DNA of 64,000 nucleotides from contig CM022670.1 of assembly GCA_012295275.1 (NCBI GenBank), forward strand, positions 28,830,001-28,894,000, in the 5' to 3' direction. The stretch is from Chrysomallon squamiferum (Eukaryota; Animalia; Mollusca). This document shows, in pieces, positions 25,731 to 57,924 of this stretch. Under the pieces are notes generated by a model, which did not search any database, was not told where the DNA came from, and worked only from the letters and a program-made list of their open reading frames with translations. A program made the position numbers and the translations under genes. The number at the start of each line of letters is the position of its first letter. Position 1 is the first letter of the stretch.

Positions 25731-26586
25731 AAACAGTTTTGTCCTTTTAATGAATTATCGACATCAGATTAATTATGTCGTTGTCGCATGAATGACGTCA
25801 GAAAAGATATTTTCTAAAGATGGCTATTTATTTTGATTTATTTATTTTTTAAATATATATATATTTTAATGGATGACAATACTAGGTAACTGTTATTTTA
25901 TATACACAAATACACCATATTTTAGTGGTTTGCAAGAAGTATTGTATAAATGTTCTCATATTCTTAATGGATTACTGCAAAGAATATTTTAGCTAATTAT
26001 TAAATTAGTCACGTCACTAGATTTTTGTGAACTTTATGAAAACTTATGATTTTATTACGTTTGTCAAAACTCCAAAAGGTAAAAATGAAATATTCATGAT
26101 CTTTTAACTTTGTAAGACATACATACACTTACACACACGGATACAACACACATAAACACACACAGATAGACATAAAAAAAACATTTACACCCAGATACAA
26201 ACGTAACACAAACACACATACGCATAAGACATATAAACACTCACATAACCATACATATACACTAAGAATATTAAAAGTGAAACTGATTGTATATAATTAT
26301 GAATGAAAGTATGTATGTATGTGTGTGTATGTGTATTTATGTGTTTGTGTGTGTATCTGTAAGTATATATGTATGTACGTATGTATGAATGAAAATGTGT
26401 ATAATTAAGTATATTTTAACTGAGTCGTTGCAGGAACAAGTTTCAAAACTAATGAATATTTGAGATGCTGTACTTACTGATTCCTATTTATTGAACTGTT
26501 TTTAATTGACAGTGAAATGAAGATACTGAACTATTTTTAATTAACAGTGAAATGAAGATACTTAACTATTTTTAATTCACAGTGAA

Positions 26587-44984
<18,398 letters not shown>

Positions 44985-44989
44985 TTTGA

Positions 44990-45300
44990 TCAAATACACA
45001 CATATCAAGATGTACACATACTTGTTGTATTATCAAATAGACAGATATCAAGATACACACATATTTGTAATATTACCAAATACACAGATATATGATATAC
45101 ACATATTTGTTATATTATTAAATATTGAGATATTAATGTATACACTTATATATTTATATTTTTTAATATTAAGATATCAAGATATACACATATTTATTTA
45201 TATTATTAAATACTGAGATATCAAGATATACATATTTGTTATATCATCAAGTACTGACTTATCAAGATATACATATTTGTTAGATTATCATATACAGAGG
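44990..45300. repeat. Degenerate ~33-bp minisatellite (GATATCAAGATATACACATATTTGTTATATTA...) just after the last exon
   Basis: Recurrent ATCAAGATATAC/ATATTTGT units. Confidence 0.8.
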
Positions 45301-45660
45301 TATTAAGGTTAAGATGGCTTTGCTTTATTTGTATTTTAGAATTTAGCTTATTTAATTAAACAGTCTGGTGTCACTCAAGTAAAACTTATTAATATATTCG
45401 GTTATTTGTTTGTTACTATATTTTTTTATTTATTTATAATAATAAAAAAAAAAGTATTGCTACCTAAGACAGTTAACAAAAACAAAAAACACGATCTGTG
45501 ACAGCAGGTTTTCTTTCATTATCTACCTAATCAAATCTGTAGTTAGCACAGTTAGATCAAACTGGTCTAGCTGCTTGCGTTCACTTATTAATTAAATTCG
45601 TTTTAATTTTTTAAATTTACTTTTAAAAGAACAAAGTTAAAGACTTTTAGTTATTTTTTA

Positions 45661-45729
<69 letters not shown>

Positions 45730-46327
45730 TATGTTTTATTTTTTTTAACCAAAATTATTTCTTTACAGCAAACAGCAACAATAGTTTGAATGAAATAATA
45801 TAAAAATAATTGTCCAAATGCATACCTGACTGAACGAGTTTTTGTTGCTTCACAGGTGTCTTTGAATTAACATTTGTTAACTGACATATATTTCTTTACA
45901 CAAAGATTTATTATTATTATTATTAATTATTTATTTATTTATTTATTTATTTACTTACTTACTTACTTAGTTTACAAACGATACAGCTTACGTGCTGCAT
46001 AAATCATTCTTGATTTACATCGATTCATCGTTAGGTACATTGTGGACATAGCAAAATCTGGAAAAAAGATTCGAGTTTTGGAGACTGTTACAACTTCTCA
46101 ATGGCTAATAACTGTTTCTCTGTGTGTATAACAAAAGTATGTATGTATGTGTGCGGACCTATATCAGATAATGCAAAATCACACACAAATAATGATAAAA
46201 CCTGCAAGCAAACCTCTGCCCTAATATTTATTAAAATAAACATGTTAACGCTCATCCATAGAAAATCTCCATCCATGAACCCTCTTACACATCCAGTTAC
46301 ATTCAGTCACACAACCATATATACACA

Positions 46328-47434
46328 TATACTGAACAAAATGAGAAACTTCCGCTAATTTTGCATGAACATAACTTGATGAAAACAAACTGGGAGAATA
46401 ATTGTTCAATATGTGTTTAAATAATGTTCCATTATGCATTGTTTGGTGCAAAAATCATGGCCAAACTGGGAGATGTTGGCGTTGTTATGTAACGGAGGAA
46501 TGATAAGCGAGAATGTCATCGCTGTAACGTTGAGCATTTAAATTGCCATCAGTGATAACTAGTGATGAACGATGATCATGGGCAACGCCCACCCCCTAAA
46601 CGATCTTGTTCAAAAACATTAATGTCAGTATAACTTTCATTTCTCCTATTGTAGTAGCACACCCTGCCATCAAAACGTTGTATATAGAAAATCTGGATTC
46701 ATCCGAAAAAAAGAACAGTATTCCAGCCTTGCCGAATCCCAGCGAGTGTGTACACGTGCTCAATCAAGACGATTTAGACGATGACGTTGCGTTAAAACGC
46801 ATCCGACGTAACGACGTCGTCCATGTAAACCGTTCTCCGCAGACGATTACTAAGTTTGCCCACTGATTCGGTTATTATGAAGCCCAGGTGTTAGCAGCAT
46901 TAGCAGACTGGAATCGATTGCGCAAATACGTGTTCTGATAGAGCGGTCTACTAAGTGGCAAGTCGTTGGTTCTTCCTGTCTTTCGAAATGTTACACGAAG
47001 ATTTCGCTTTGCTGGACTAGAACTTCCAACATGCCTTGCAATGTCTTATGTCGTTATGACAGCATCAAGCATGCCAATCACCCGTTTGCGTAAATTATTG
47101 GGTGTTCTTGGCATACTATAAATGCTACAATGCAAAAAACGTGTTTTTTTTTTTTTACTATTTTTTACCGTTTTCGTTCACTTTACAACAGAGTCAGTAA
47201 GACCAGTAAAACAAACTGACCGAATACTACATCTTATATGTCAAACAATGCATGCACGTGCAAAATGAGTATCACGTTATTAATGGTTAACAGCACAAAA
47301 ATAATAGATAAAATTCATGCATCCTGATAATATAGCTCAAGGCTTATACTACTTATTTTCATTATACAATGAATTCTTTAACACAACAAATACTGTATGT
47401 ACAAATCAGAAGTTTTTTGTTGTTGTTCGATATA
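46328..47434 (-). mobile_element. Degenerate, internally deleted Tc1/mariner DNA transposon; transposase relic ~47114 to ~46470
   Basis: Minus translation MPRTPNNLRKRVIGMLDA..DIARHVG..TGRTNDLP..NRISGQT..WNTVLF/SDESRFS..DGRV..DRLGGG..DGNLNAQRYSDDIL. Terminal TA-TACTGAACAAAATGAGAAACTTC at 46328, with a degenerate inverted partner GAAGTTTTTTGTTGTTGTTCGATATA ending at 47434. Confidence 0.9.
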
Positions 47435-47881
47435 CACATACATATACATACATGCATATATGTGAGTCTGTGCATGTTTCGAAGCACACACGCGTACGTA
47501 TGAGTGCATGCGTGAGTGCATTTGTATGTGTTTAGTTCTCTGTAAATGGTTTCAAACTTCAGGATGTTTTGAACAGTCTATGCCAGACACTGCATGTAAT
47601 AAATAACAGTGAAATAAAGCAGAAAAAAACAACAAAAAACATTACATTTTATTCTCCCTTCTCTCTTCACACACACAAAATCTTAAAAATTTCTAAATAA
47701 TTTACGAAGATTACAGTTACTGATAACTCTAAACACATACCGAAACAGAAACTCTTCAATCAACTCAACATCAAATTTACCACCCATACACATCATATGA
47801 CTTATTTTATTCTACTATTATGTAAAAAATTATTGGTTTATTAACAGTCTTTATAGAATATTTTATGAACATCTTAAATTT

Positions 47882-49113
47882 TTAAATCATTTTTCTTCTT
47901 TTTCTTGATCAGCTTGTTCTTACCAAAATCTTCATCCAGTTTCTGTCAATTAAAAATGATCTTTTACAGACATGATTGTTTCATAACAACTTAGAAAAGT
48001 AATATTTAATTATTTAATTTATGTAATAATACTACAACTTCCTAGTTTAATAAGTATTTTAATAATGTTTGCAAGCTGATCAAACATGTGTTTACTTTAT
48101 TCCGATCACAGACAGCTGTTTAAATAGGAAGCTTTTTCTAATGTAGACACAATTCTTTTTTTTATTTGCTACTCTGTACACAACACACATTTCACAGTAT
48201 CTTAATTTTACCACTGTTAAATCATTTCACAAAAATACTGTCATTCTGTTACCGTAAACAAAAACAAATTAAACATTTTCAAATATGTTAATATCAAAGT
48301 GAGTAATTTAAATCATATATTTTTAAATATCACCAATGTAATGGGAGCAATACTTTATACAGGCATACCTGACAGAAAAGATGTCATAACTATCAAAACT
48401 ATTTTATAACACAAGTTTAAATATATATATTATTTTATAATACAAGTTTAAATATAAATACTATTTTATAAAACAAGTTTAAATATACATACTATTTTAT
48501 AAAACAAGTTCAAATTTACATACTATTTTATAAAACAAGTTTAGATATACATACTATTTTATAATACAAGTTTAAATACACGTACTCTTTTATAAAACAA
48601 TTTTTAATATACATACTATTTTATAACCCAAATTTAAATATATATACAAGCTACAGACACCTCTGTTAAAATCTGCATCACTTGTTTCTCCTCAGTTTTA
48701 TATTCAGTAAGTTTGGGGTCTGAGAAAATAAAGTATTTGTCAAATGTGATCAAGGCATATCTTTTTCCTTTCAGAGTCCATTTAAAATAGAATTTAACTT
48801 AAAACAATAAATTAATTAAATATATTTAGTCTATATATCATGAATATTAAAAAATAAAATATGATTCACTTAAATTAAACAGGATCATTTAATTAACGTG
48901 ACTGCTCTCCCTTTGAGATTCTGATATTAACTTCCTTTACTTTGTATTTAGTCTGAATGGATGGTGTGTTAATTGGTATTTATGATTTCTCTTAGTGAGA
49001 AACGTAACAAGATGTTTGTAAACTGAGTAAAGACTCACTGATAAAAGTTTCAATAGCATGAACCAGTTTGATGTCAAACTGAGTCACCAATGTGATAGCC
49101 ATTCCTCTCCTAC
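47882..49113 (-). pseudogene. DDX49: 3' fragment of a DDX49 (Dbp8)-like DEAD-box helicase gene. Exons 49113-49039, 48719-~48649 (truncated), 47942-47882
   Basis: GRRGMAITLVTQFDIKLVHAIETFI | NPKLTEYKTEEKQVMQILTEVSVA | KLDEDFGKNKLIKKKKKMI* resembles the DDX49 C-terminus as I recall it (GRxGxAITLVTQYDIxLVHAIE..KLxE...EVLQILTQVNV..KL...F..KKxINKRK). Acceptors are canonical and phases are compatible. No upstream helicase exons were seen. Confidence 0.8.
48395..48648. repeat. 31-bp AT-rich minisatellite CTATTTTATAAAACAAGTTTAAATATACATA (~8 units) abutting the truncated DDX49-like exon
   Basis: CTATTTTATA recurs at 48461 and 48492. Confidence 0.92.
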
Positions 49114-49729
49114 CTGATCAGAAAGTAATTAAATTTTAAACATTTAAATTAGTGATAATCAATTAAATTCATCAAATTAAATAAAATTCACACACACGCA
49201 CATATAACGATAATAAAATAATTAAAATAACAAAAGATGAAATATCATTACAAACATTTTATAGGCATTACATTATAAGAAAATACCACCATCCTTGCAT
49301 CCATATCTGTCTATCTTTCTGTCTATCTATATCCATACACAAACACCCACAATTATACCTAAAATATTATTATATGAAATGAAAAAAAACAAAAATTTCA
49401 GATATTTCATTCATATTTAAGGCAAGCAAAAAGTTGATTATTCGTGTTATATATCAGTGAATATTTGGATTGCTTCTCGTACAGAATGGGTTGATGATCA
49501 TTACTGGGAGTAGCTCATGGAGCAACAGGTACTTTTCTCTCCAGCATCATTTAAATGCAGTGAAAAATAAAACTCAGCTAATAACATTACAGACTGAAAT
49601 TAGTAATGGTGATAATAGTAATAATAGTAATTACATATTCTTCTGTTTGATTGTTCTATGTATAATATCTGAATATATGTTTCATATTATCTGAATATAT
49701 ACATGTAAATTGGGAGGGTTTTTTTGTTT

Positions 49730-49763
<34 letters not shown>

Positions 49764-49963
49764 ACCTGTATATATTAAAATTTAAATTACTATCTGGTAT
49801 GTCAATTTAGCTTCCCAAATTTATCTCATAAAAATAATTAATATCAACAAAAAAAAAAAAAAAAAAAAAAGAACTCTTACAAAAACTGAAAAATAAGTAT
49901 TGCCAACCAACACAAATTCTGACTATATATATATCTTCTCATTGTATGTTGCTGGTATTTTTA

Positions 49964-49995
<32 letters not shown>

Positions 49996-52900
49996 GTCTA
50001 TCACTATAGTTGTTCTTAGGTATTTCTGAATCTTCTTGTTTTAAATTTAATAGTCTTGTAAGTTGCTGTTCAGGGAATTCAGTTTGCTCAGAATGCAAGT
50101 TAAATATGACTTCCTTGCTACAGTTATTTCTTAATAATATAAGAGAATTTATCTTTTACAGAAACATTCTTCTAATTCCTGTTTATTATTATTATTCCAT
50201 TAGGAAATCCCATTTAGTCGTTATATTTTAGGTGTTTTTTGGGGGCATTGTTGTTTTTTTAGGGTTTTTTGGGGGTGTTCATCTAATCTATATACAGAAT
50301 ATTATTTTGGGGTGGAGAAATAGACTGCTACATATGCATTTCTGAAAATTGTCTGTGCTGTTTGCCAGAACTGAAGGTCAATGAAAGTATTTTTCAACTC
50401 TAAAAGGTCCTATGTTTTTCATGTATATTTATAAAACTTTGTAAATTCCATAGAAACATTATTTTATTATATCTTTCTGTCGTGGAAATTCAGAATATCT
50501 TCTCTATTAGATGAAGATTAATGGAAGTATTTCTCAATTCTATCAGTCATAGGTTATTCTTGCATATATTTATATATCCTTGTTTGCCCAGAACTGAAAG
50601 TTAATGGCAATAACTAATTTCTTTTGATATATTTTTTTTTTTTTTTCTTATTTGTATACACTTTGTTTATACTCCCTTGCTTTTTTCTGAATTCAGAATA
50701 TCTTCACTGGCCTGTTTAACAGATGGTTATTTCATGTATCTAACTTCCATAGAAACTTATTTTTATTATAACTTTTTTTTTATAAGTACCTTTCTGTGTT
50801 TAAGCTCATCGTCTGTGAATTCTCTGTGACTCTTTATATATTCAGAAAAAATAATTTAGATAACCACTATTCTGTCACATTGTAGATTGTTCTGGCATCA
50901 CAGGATTCATTATTCATTCTGTTTTAAATTTCCAACTTTTTTGTTTCATAGTGCAATATTTTATCTTCTTAAAGCAAGGTGTTCAGCTAACAGTTTTGTT
51001 AGGTTACAGGTCAGTAAAACACCTGCTTGTAATCTTGAAAAGTGTTATTCGTAGTAAAAAATATATAATTTCAATTGTGTTTCTCTAGAAAATTCATAAT
51101 TTCTGAAAGAAATAGTTAAATATTCTGACAGTCTTCAAAGTTAACAACACACATGCATACATAAAAACACATATACAAATTCACATACTTTTGTAAGAAA
51201 ATGCACATAAGATTCTTTGCAATAACAGCCACATCATTTTTTTTTTTTTTTTTTATTCTATAAAATCTTATTTATACATACACAATTTCACACACACACT
51301 AAAAAAAAAAAAAATAATAATAATGATAATAACTATAAGAAAAATATATCTGTGTTTTTGTTTTTTTCACCCCTTCTATATACAATATATTCTGTATGGG
51401 GAAATACTTTAATACATATGTTTTCATTCTGAGATGTATTTGATTAGTGTATGTAACAGAAATCTTGTCTAGGCATTTTTATTTATCTACTTATTTGTTT
51501 ATTTATATTTTATTTATTTATTTTATTTAAATATTTATTTTTTTATTTAATTTTTCTTTCTTTCTTTCTTTCTTTTTTTGTTTATTTTCAGTTATTTATT
51601 TAAATTTGTTTTTTACTTTTTAAAAATGTTTGCTAAATATACTTAAATCTTTTGACATGATCGGTTACTGATCAACCATAATATTCTTGCTTTCCTGGCA
51701 AAACTCTTGTAATTCTTTTAAGGAAATGTCTCCTAGTGAATAAATCAGGCCAAACTGAACTATTTAAACTAAAGCACTTAACAACATCTATTGTTGTATC
51801 ACTCATGGCTTTGTATTCCTGTGTGGCCTGCCAAAGTAACAAGTGTTATCTTTTCCTTATGTTAAACAGTACAGTCAGTGACATTAGCACTGATCAGAAA
51901 GTGTGACCATAAGAGGCATGTTCCCTTCACTGTCACAGTCACAGTACTTGACATCATTAGTCCAACTCTTTACTATCTGTTGGGAAGTGATAAACAAACT
52001 CCATGTTTTACTATCACAATTGCAGTGTTTTGCATTGGATAGAAAATGTGACTATGACAAACATACTTCAATACTTTAATGTGAGAATCGCACTATCAGC
52101 CGAAGGTCAGAAAGGGTAACTATGACACCCACAGGTCACACTGTCAAGCATTGGTCAGAAGGTACGACTGTCAAGCATGCTCCCTTTTCAGGGTCACTGA
52201 CATCGGCCAGAAAATGGACAGATGACAATTATTATTATTTTTGTCAAATAAATGTGCTGCATTTGCTGTGGCTGTCAGCATATTTATATTGCTCCCACAT
52301 AAAATATTGTGTGTTTTTCATCTTCAGTGAATATTTTAAACTGTATTTAATATTATATTTAATATTATCCTTTATCTTATTAAGATATTTTAATATTCTG
52401 ACACATTTTATTGTTACCTTTTGTTAAATGGACAGATTGACTGTTAATTATTATTAAATTTTGTCATTTTAATTTTTGTTTTGTTTTTTAACTGACCTTG
52501 CTTTTTTGGGGGTTGTGGGTTTTTCAAATAAATGTGCTGCATTTGCTGTGGCTGTCAGCATATTTATATTGCTGTTGTTTATAATCACTGCACATATAAA
52601 ATATTGTGTGTTTTGTGTCATCTTCAGTGAATATTTTAAACTATATTTAATATTATTTTCGAAACCCAGTATATTTTACAAACAATTTATATGGCTTGTC
52701 AAATATTCTCTGTACTTTTATTTTAACAATCTTATCAGAATGTTTGAAATTGATGTTTCATTACTTAATATTTTAATTTTATTATAAAACTTGACTGTAT
52801 ATCATGATACATATAAAACATTCTGTGTGCTGTTATTGTTGTGTAAAACAATTAAAAACCTGAATAAAGAATATAAATGAATTTGTCATTTGTTTGTTTA

Positions 52901-53062
52901 TTTTATTTGAGTAATTTTTGCAAGTTAAGTTTATTAACAATTGTGTTAAGTGAACTGTACATTGTGAAAAAGAGAATTTGACAGTGAATAACTACACATT
53001 CCATGTGTAATTTGTTCAGTGATTAATCATAAAACTTTGGAATATAATATCAACAAATAATG

Positions 53063-53110
<48 letters not shown>

Positions 53111-53879
53111 TATAAAATTATATGGAAAGAAAATATTATGGCAAATATCTTTGAATATTTGTTTGATCAAATGGAAACAGTTAACTTCAGGTCCAATTCT
53201 ATTTTACCATGTTTTTGGTTTTTGTTTGCGGTATGGTAAAAAAAAGAAAACTATATCAAAGAAATTTTATTCAAGAAACATCTTTGGTTCTTAATTTTTA
53301 TTTCACATGGGCAGTGTACAAGGCTTTGTAATTCTGACTGTTGACATCTGCCAGTTTATTGAAGATACTTTTCCATAGAGCTTTCTCTGAGTAAACAGTA
53401 AAGTAAATTATGACTGCTGAAGAATCATCTATGGAGACAAAAATGTTTTGGGTTATTCTACTAATCATGACCTAATGAGAGGCACAAAGGAGGAAATAAA
53501 TATGGTTACTTATAATGGGAAATCTGGCTATTGCTATTTAATTTATAATAATCACATCCTTATTTTAATTGGAACCCTTGGCAGGAAGATAATTTATATC
53601 TGTTAACTGATTTTATTGCACATTTCTTCTATCTGTCTCACAGCAATATTGGATTTGTACTGATTTAGAGTATGACGAATTACCCCCAAAATCTTCGTGG
53701 GTGTAGAAAAAAAATTCTATGGAGAATACTAAATTAAATAAATAAACAAAACTAAATGATAAATTTCGGTATGAGGCATATATTATATAGGCATTGAAAT
53801 ATGCAAGAACAATTGAAACTATGCATATTAAAATATATAAATAAATGTTGATTCTAATGTTGGCTAATCTCATTTAAAA

Positions 53880-54855
53880 TTCAGACAATGTTAAATCTGA
53901 ATACAATGATTTACAGTCAAAGGAGAATAACTTTCACAATATATATATATTCAGACAATGTTAAATCTGAATACAATGATTTACAGTCAAAGGAGAATAA
54001 CTTCCACAATATATATATATTCAGACAATGTTAAATCTGAATACAATGATTTACAGTCAAAGGAGAATAACTTCCACAATATATATATTCAGACAATGTT
54101 AAATCTGAATACAATGATTTACAGTCAAAGGAGAATAACTTCCACAATATATATATATTCAGACAATGTTAAATCTGAATACAATGATTTACAGTCAAAG
54201 GAGAATAACTTCCACAATATATATATATTCAGACAATGTTAAATCTGAATACAATGATTTACAGTCAAAGGAGAATAACTTCCACAATATATATATATTC
54301 AGACAATGTTAAATCTGAATACAATGATTTACAGTCAAAGGAGAATAACTTCCACAATATATATATATTCAGACAATGTTAAATCTGAATACAATGATTT
54401 ACAGTCAAAGGAGAATAACTTCCACAATATATATATATTCAGACAATGTTAAATCTGAATACAATGATTTACAGTCAAAGGAGAATAACTTCCACAATAT
54501 ATATATATTCAGACAATGTTAAATCTGAATACAATGATTTACAGTCAAAGGAGAATAACTTCCACAATATATATATATTCAGACAATGTTAAATCTGAAT
54601 ACAATGATTTACAGTCAAAGGAGAATAACTTCCACAATATATATATATTCAGACAATGTTAAATCTGAATACAATGATTTACAGTCAAAGGAGAATAACT
54701 TCCACAATATATATATATTCAGACAATGTTAAATCTGAATACAATGATTTACAGTCAAAGGAGAATAACTTCCACAATATATATATATTCAGACAATGTT
54801 AAATCTGAATACAATGATTTACAGTCAAAGGAGAATAACCAAATATATATATATT
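53880..54855. repeat. 70-bp tandem array, 14 nearly identical units
   Basis: TCAGACAATGTTAAATCTGAATACAATGATTTACAGTCAAAGGAGAATAAC at 53881, 53951, 54021, 54089, then every 70 bp to 54789. Confidence 0.98.
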
Positions 54856-55421
54856 CATGACCATTGATTTTACACAAGGGATTTTAAACAAAATAGAAGA
54901 AATTAACAACAACAAAACAACAAATATATACAACATTCACTTGTAGCAACAACAAATATATACCTAAAACACATGTAAGAACTAGAAACATATATACAAC
55001 ACACAGTAAATGCAATATATATAGGAAAAGGCAAACAAAACGTCAGACCATACGAAACATACCATCATAAAAAACACAAAACAACACCTGACAACACCTA
55101 GACAGTATACAGACTACACACACAAAGCATGGACCAAATATACCATATACCTAAGACTCAACATATAACAAGCAAACTAGTCATCACAGTGTGCACGCTC
55201 TGTTCTGTTTTGCACTGTGTAGATGGTACATGATGTTTTGGTGCATGTGTTTGATATACAACAGAGTAGAAACTACAGCCACATAAGAGAGATTTTATCA
55301 GACACTACTTAATATATAAACACAGCATAAATAAAAAACGTGCACAGATACAACAAACCATATATACAAGACAACTATTTACTACTCGGAACTGATGACG
55401 TCAGAAAGAAAGTCAATAGAG

Positions 55422-57109
55422 CAGTGGTTCTCAACCTTTTTTGGCCAACGGCACACCTTGGAACAGATGAAAAATATTTGAATTTTGGAAAATAAAAACA
55501 TGGCACGTCATAGACAGAATACAACCGTAGACCCAGACTAGTCATAGACACATAAATAAAGAAAAACACAGCTATATTTTATTGCAGTGTTTCGAATGTT
55601 ATCAGTCAAATAGCTGGCTTCTTTAGTGAGAAATTTGTGCCTGGCTTTTATTCATAATTTCGTCAATATCAAGAACATATCAAGATTGCCAGTGATTGCT
55701 CTTTTTTTCCAAATCATGATTTTCTTTTTGAGGGCAACTAACTTGTCTGTTAAAGTGAGAATAATATTCATTTTTACCTTGCATACTACTGTTTATTTTA
55801 TTTAGTTTACTAAATATTTCTGTTAGGTATTCCATTTTTGACATCCAAAATTCGCAACTAAGGTATACACAGAATTTCTCCTTTTATCAAATCAAAAATA
55901 TCTTGACCTCTTGCAGTTGTGGGTATTTCTTTACAGCACAAAAATTGATTATTTCATTCATGTCAATAAAACGTACAAATGCAAGTAACTGACTTTTATT
56001 ACTGATGTCAGTGGATTCATCCATGGTTAAAGCAAAATTAGAATTCTTAAGATTTTTCTGAACATTGTTTTCAATATTTTTCGATCTAGGATTCGTCTAC
56101 ATATTGTATCATTTGAAAGCGGGATATTGTTCAGTTCCTTCTCAGCCTTTTCACCAAACATGGACTTTATCATCTTTTTACAAGCTGGGAGGATGATTTA
56201 GATTTTAATGCTATTATTTCAGCAACCTGAACTGACGCTAGTTGGGATCGTTCAGACATGGTCATTACATTTTCAAAATAACTTCACTGTTTTGATTTCT
56301 GCTCTAACAGTCTTTGAAAGTATTCACGCTTTTTATCTTTCAGAGATGAATATTTTGAATTAAATGCCTTTCTGACTTGCTTGGTACCATGGATTCATTT
56401 GACATTGTTTCACCACTCACTACGCATGATGGACTTGGTTTGTCAACGTTACCAGACCAATAAAATCCAAATTTCAAATAATTTTCACAATATTGTCAAT
56501 TAATGTTTCTCTTTTTGACAACAGAGGTTGATGGTTGTTGACCTCTGGACTTAGGCTCGTCACTGATGTCTTTCCTTTTCAAATATTTATCCACTGTGAA
56601 GGGTCATGGAATATCAATATGGCAGTTTTGGATAGGGTTGTGTATTCTGAGATGACAGTGTCATTTGGTCCCTCAAAGCTGTCTCTTTCGTATACAAACA
56701 CAGCATAACAATAAAAAAATATCTCTTCCTACCTAAAAGTGATGTTTTATGAGACCACGTCTAGCTGGAAATCATCAATTTTCAATGTATTACGCACAAA
56801 AATAGTCAATCCGCCATTTTTGCTATCTTCCACACACCAGTAGACAGCTACAGACCTCTACTATACCCTCATTAGCATAAGATGATGAAACACTGCAACT
56901 GTCTGGTGTAAAAAGCCAGAAAATCAAACCATATTGAACAAGCAAATGCACATCGAGCCTGCTTTTCGGCTACACCCGCTGATGGTTCAGCACATCATCC
57001 CCCTCATCAGAATGTAAACATGTTACACAACAGACTGTGAATACTCAATTGGAATCACGTGGTTTTTCGCATGTTCAAAATTTCACGGCACACTGGTTGA
57101 GAATCACTG
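55422..57109 (-). mobile_element. hAT transposon of the Charlie/Buster group (ZBED5/FAM200-like), internally deleted; transposase relic 56594-55623
   Basis: TIRs CAGTGGTTCTCAACC (55422) and GGTTGAGAATCACTG (ends 57109). Minus translation DKYLKRK..YLKFGF..P.CVVSGETMSNESMVPSK..IPLSNDTI.RRI..FALTMDESTDIS..QLLAFVRF..FLCC, with C-terminal QAQISH*. Flanks CAATAGAG and CAAAGATG are at best a decayed 8-bp TSD. Confidence 0.93.
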
Positions 57110-57892
57110 CAAAGATGGCTTTTAACTTTCAAAAGTCATTTTATTTTTCCATTTTATTTTTCAGAAATTATGAATAATGATTTAAAAATGTAATTGGAGA
57201 TATTGGTTATCTGCTATCAATACTGATTTATTTTTAATGAGAATGACAAAAGCATGCAACATCAATTAATTATACATTCAGCTAAACAAGTAAACAAAAA
57301 TACTGTCTAAGAAATTGTATGAATATGGAAACATAGTTTTATATTATCTATCTATCTATCTATCTATCTATGGATGGATGTGTGTGTGTGTATATATATA
57401 TATATAATAAAATGCTGTTGACCCTCGGACTAATGGGAGGGCGAAGCACCAGTCAGGAAATCGTGAAATTAAATATTAACCCTAAAATTTACCGAAACAT
57501 TGAACATGGGTACACGTAACAGCTATTTAATATAGTAATATAATAATGTAAGCACAACATACAGATACGCTAGACTGTATCACTTCAAACTTCTGACCGA
57601 CCAGAAAATGTACCTTTCTTTTTTCTCACTTGTTCCTCTTGAAGTCTGACTGAGATTAAATCTTTATTTTATTTCATTTATAATTTTATATTTATTTTTA
57701 TTATTATTATTACTTTTTTAATCACGATTGATAACATTCATGCAATAAACATAAAGGTAAGACTTAAAATTTTACATCCATGCAGTTTTTATTCTGATAG
57801 GACTTGAAACAGAATACACCAAGCGTGCAAAAATCAGAAAAATGGCTCCAACGAGTATGACGACCCAAAACTAGACGCGCTTTGGAATATCC

Positions 57893-57924
<32 letters not shown>

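Noticed and set aside
53958-54242. 94-aa ORF in the 70-bp array
   Set aside because: The unit length is not a multiple of 3, so the ORF merely cycles through frames. No donor sites.
57395-57600. Possible Helitron/MITE end after (TA)n
   Set aside because: No matching second terminus or hairpin-CTRR end could be identified.
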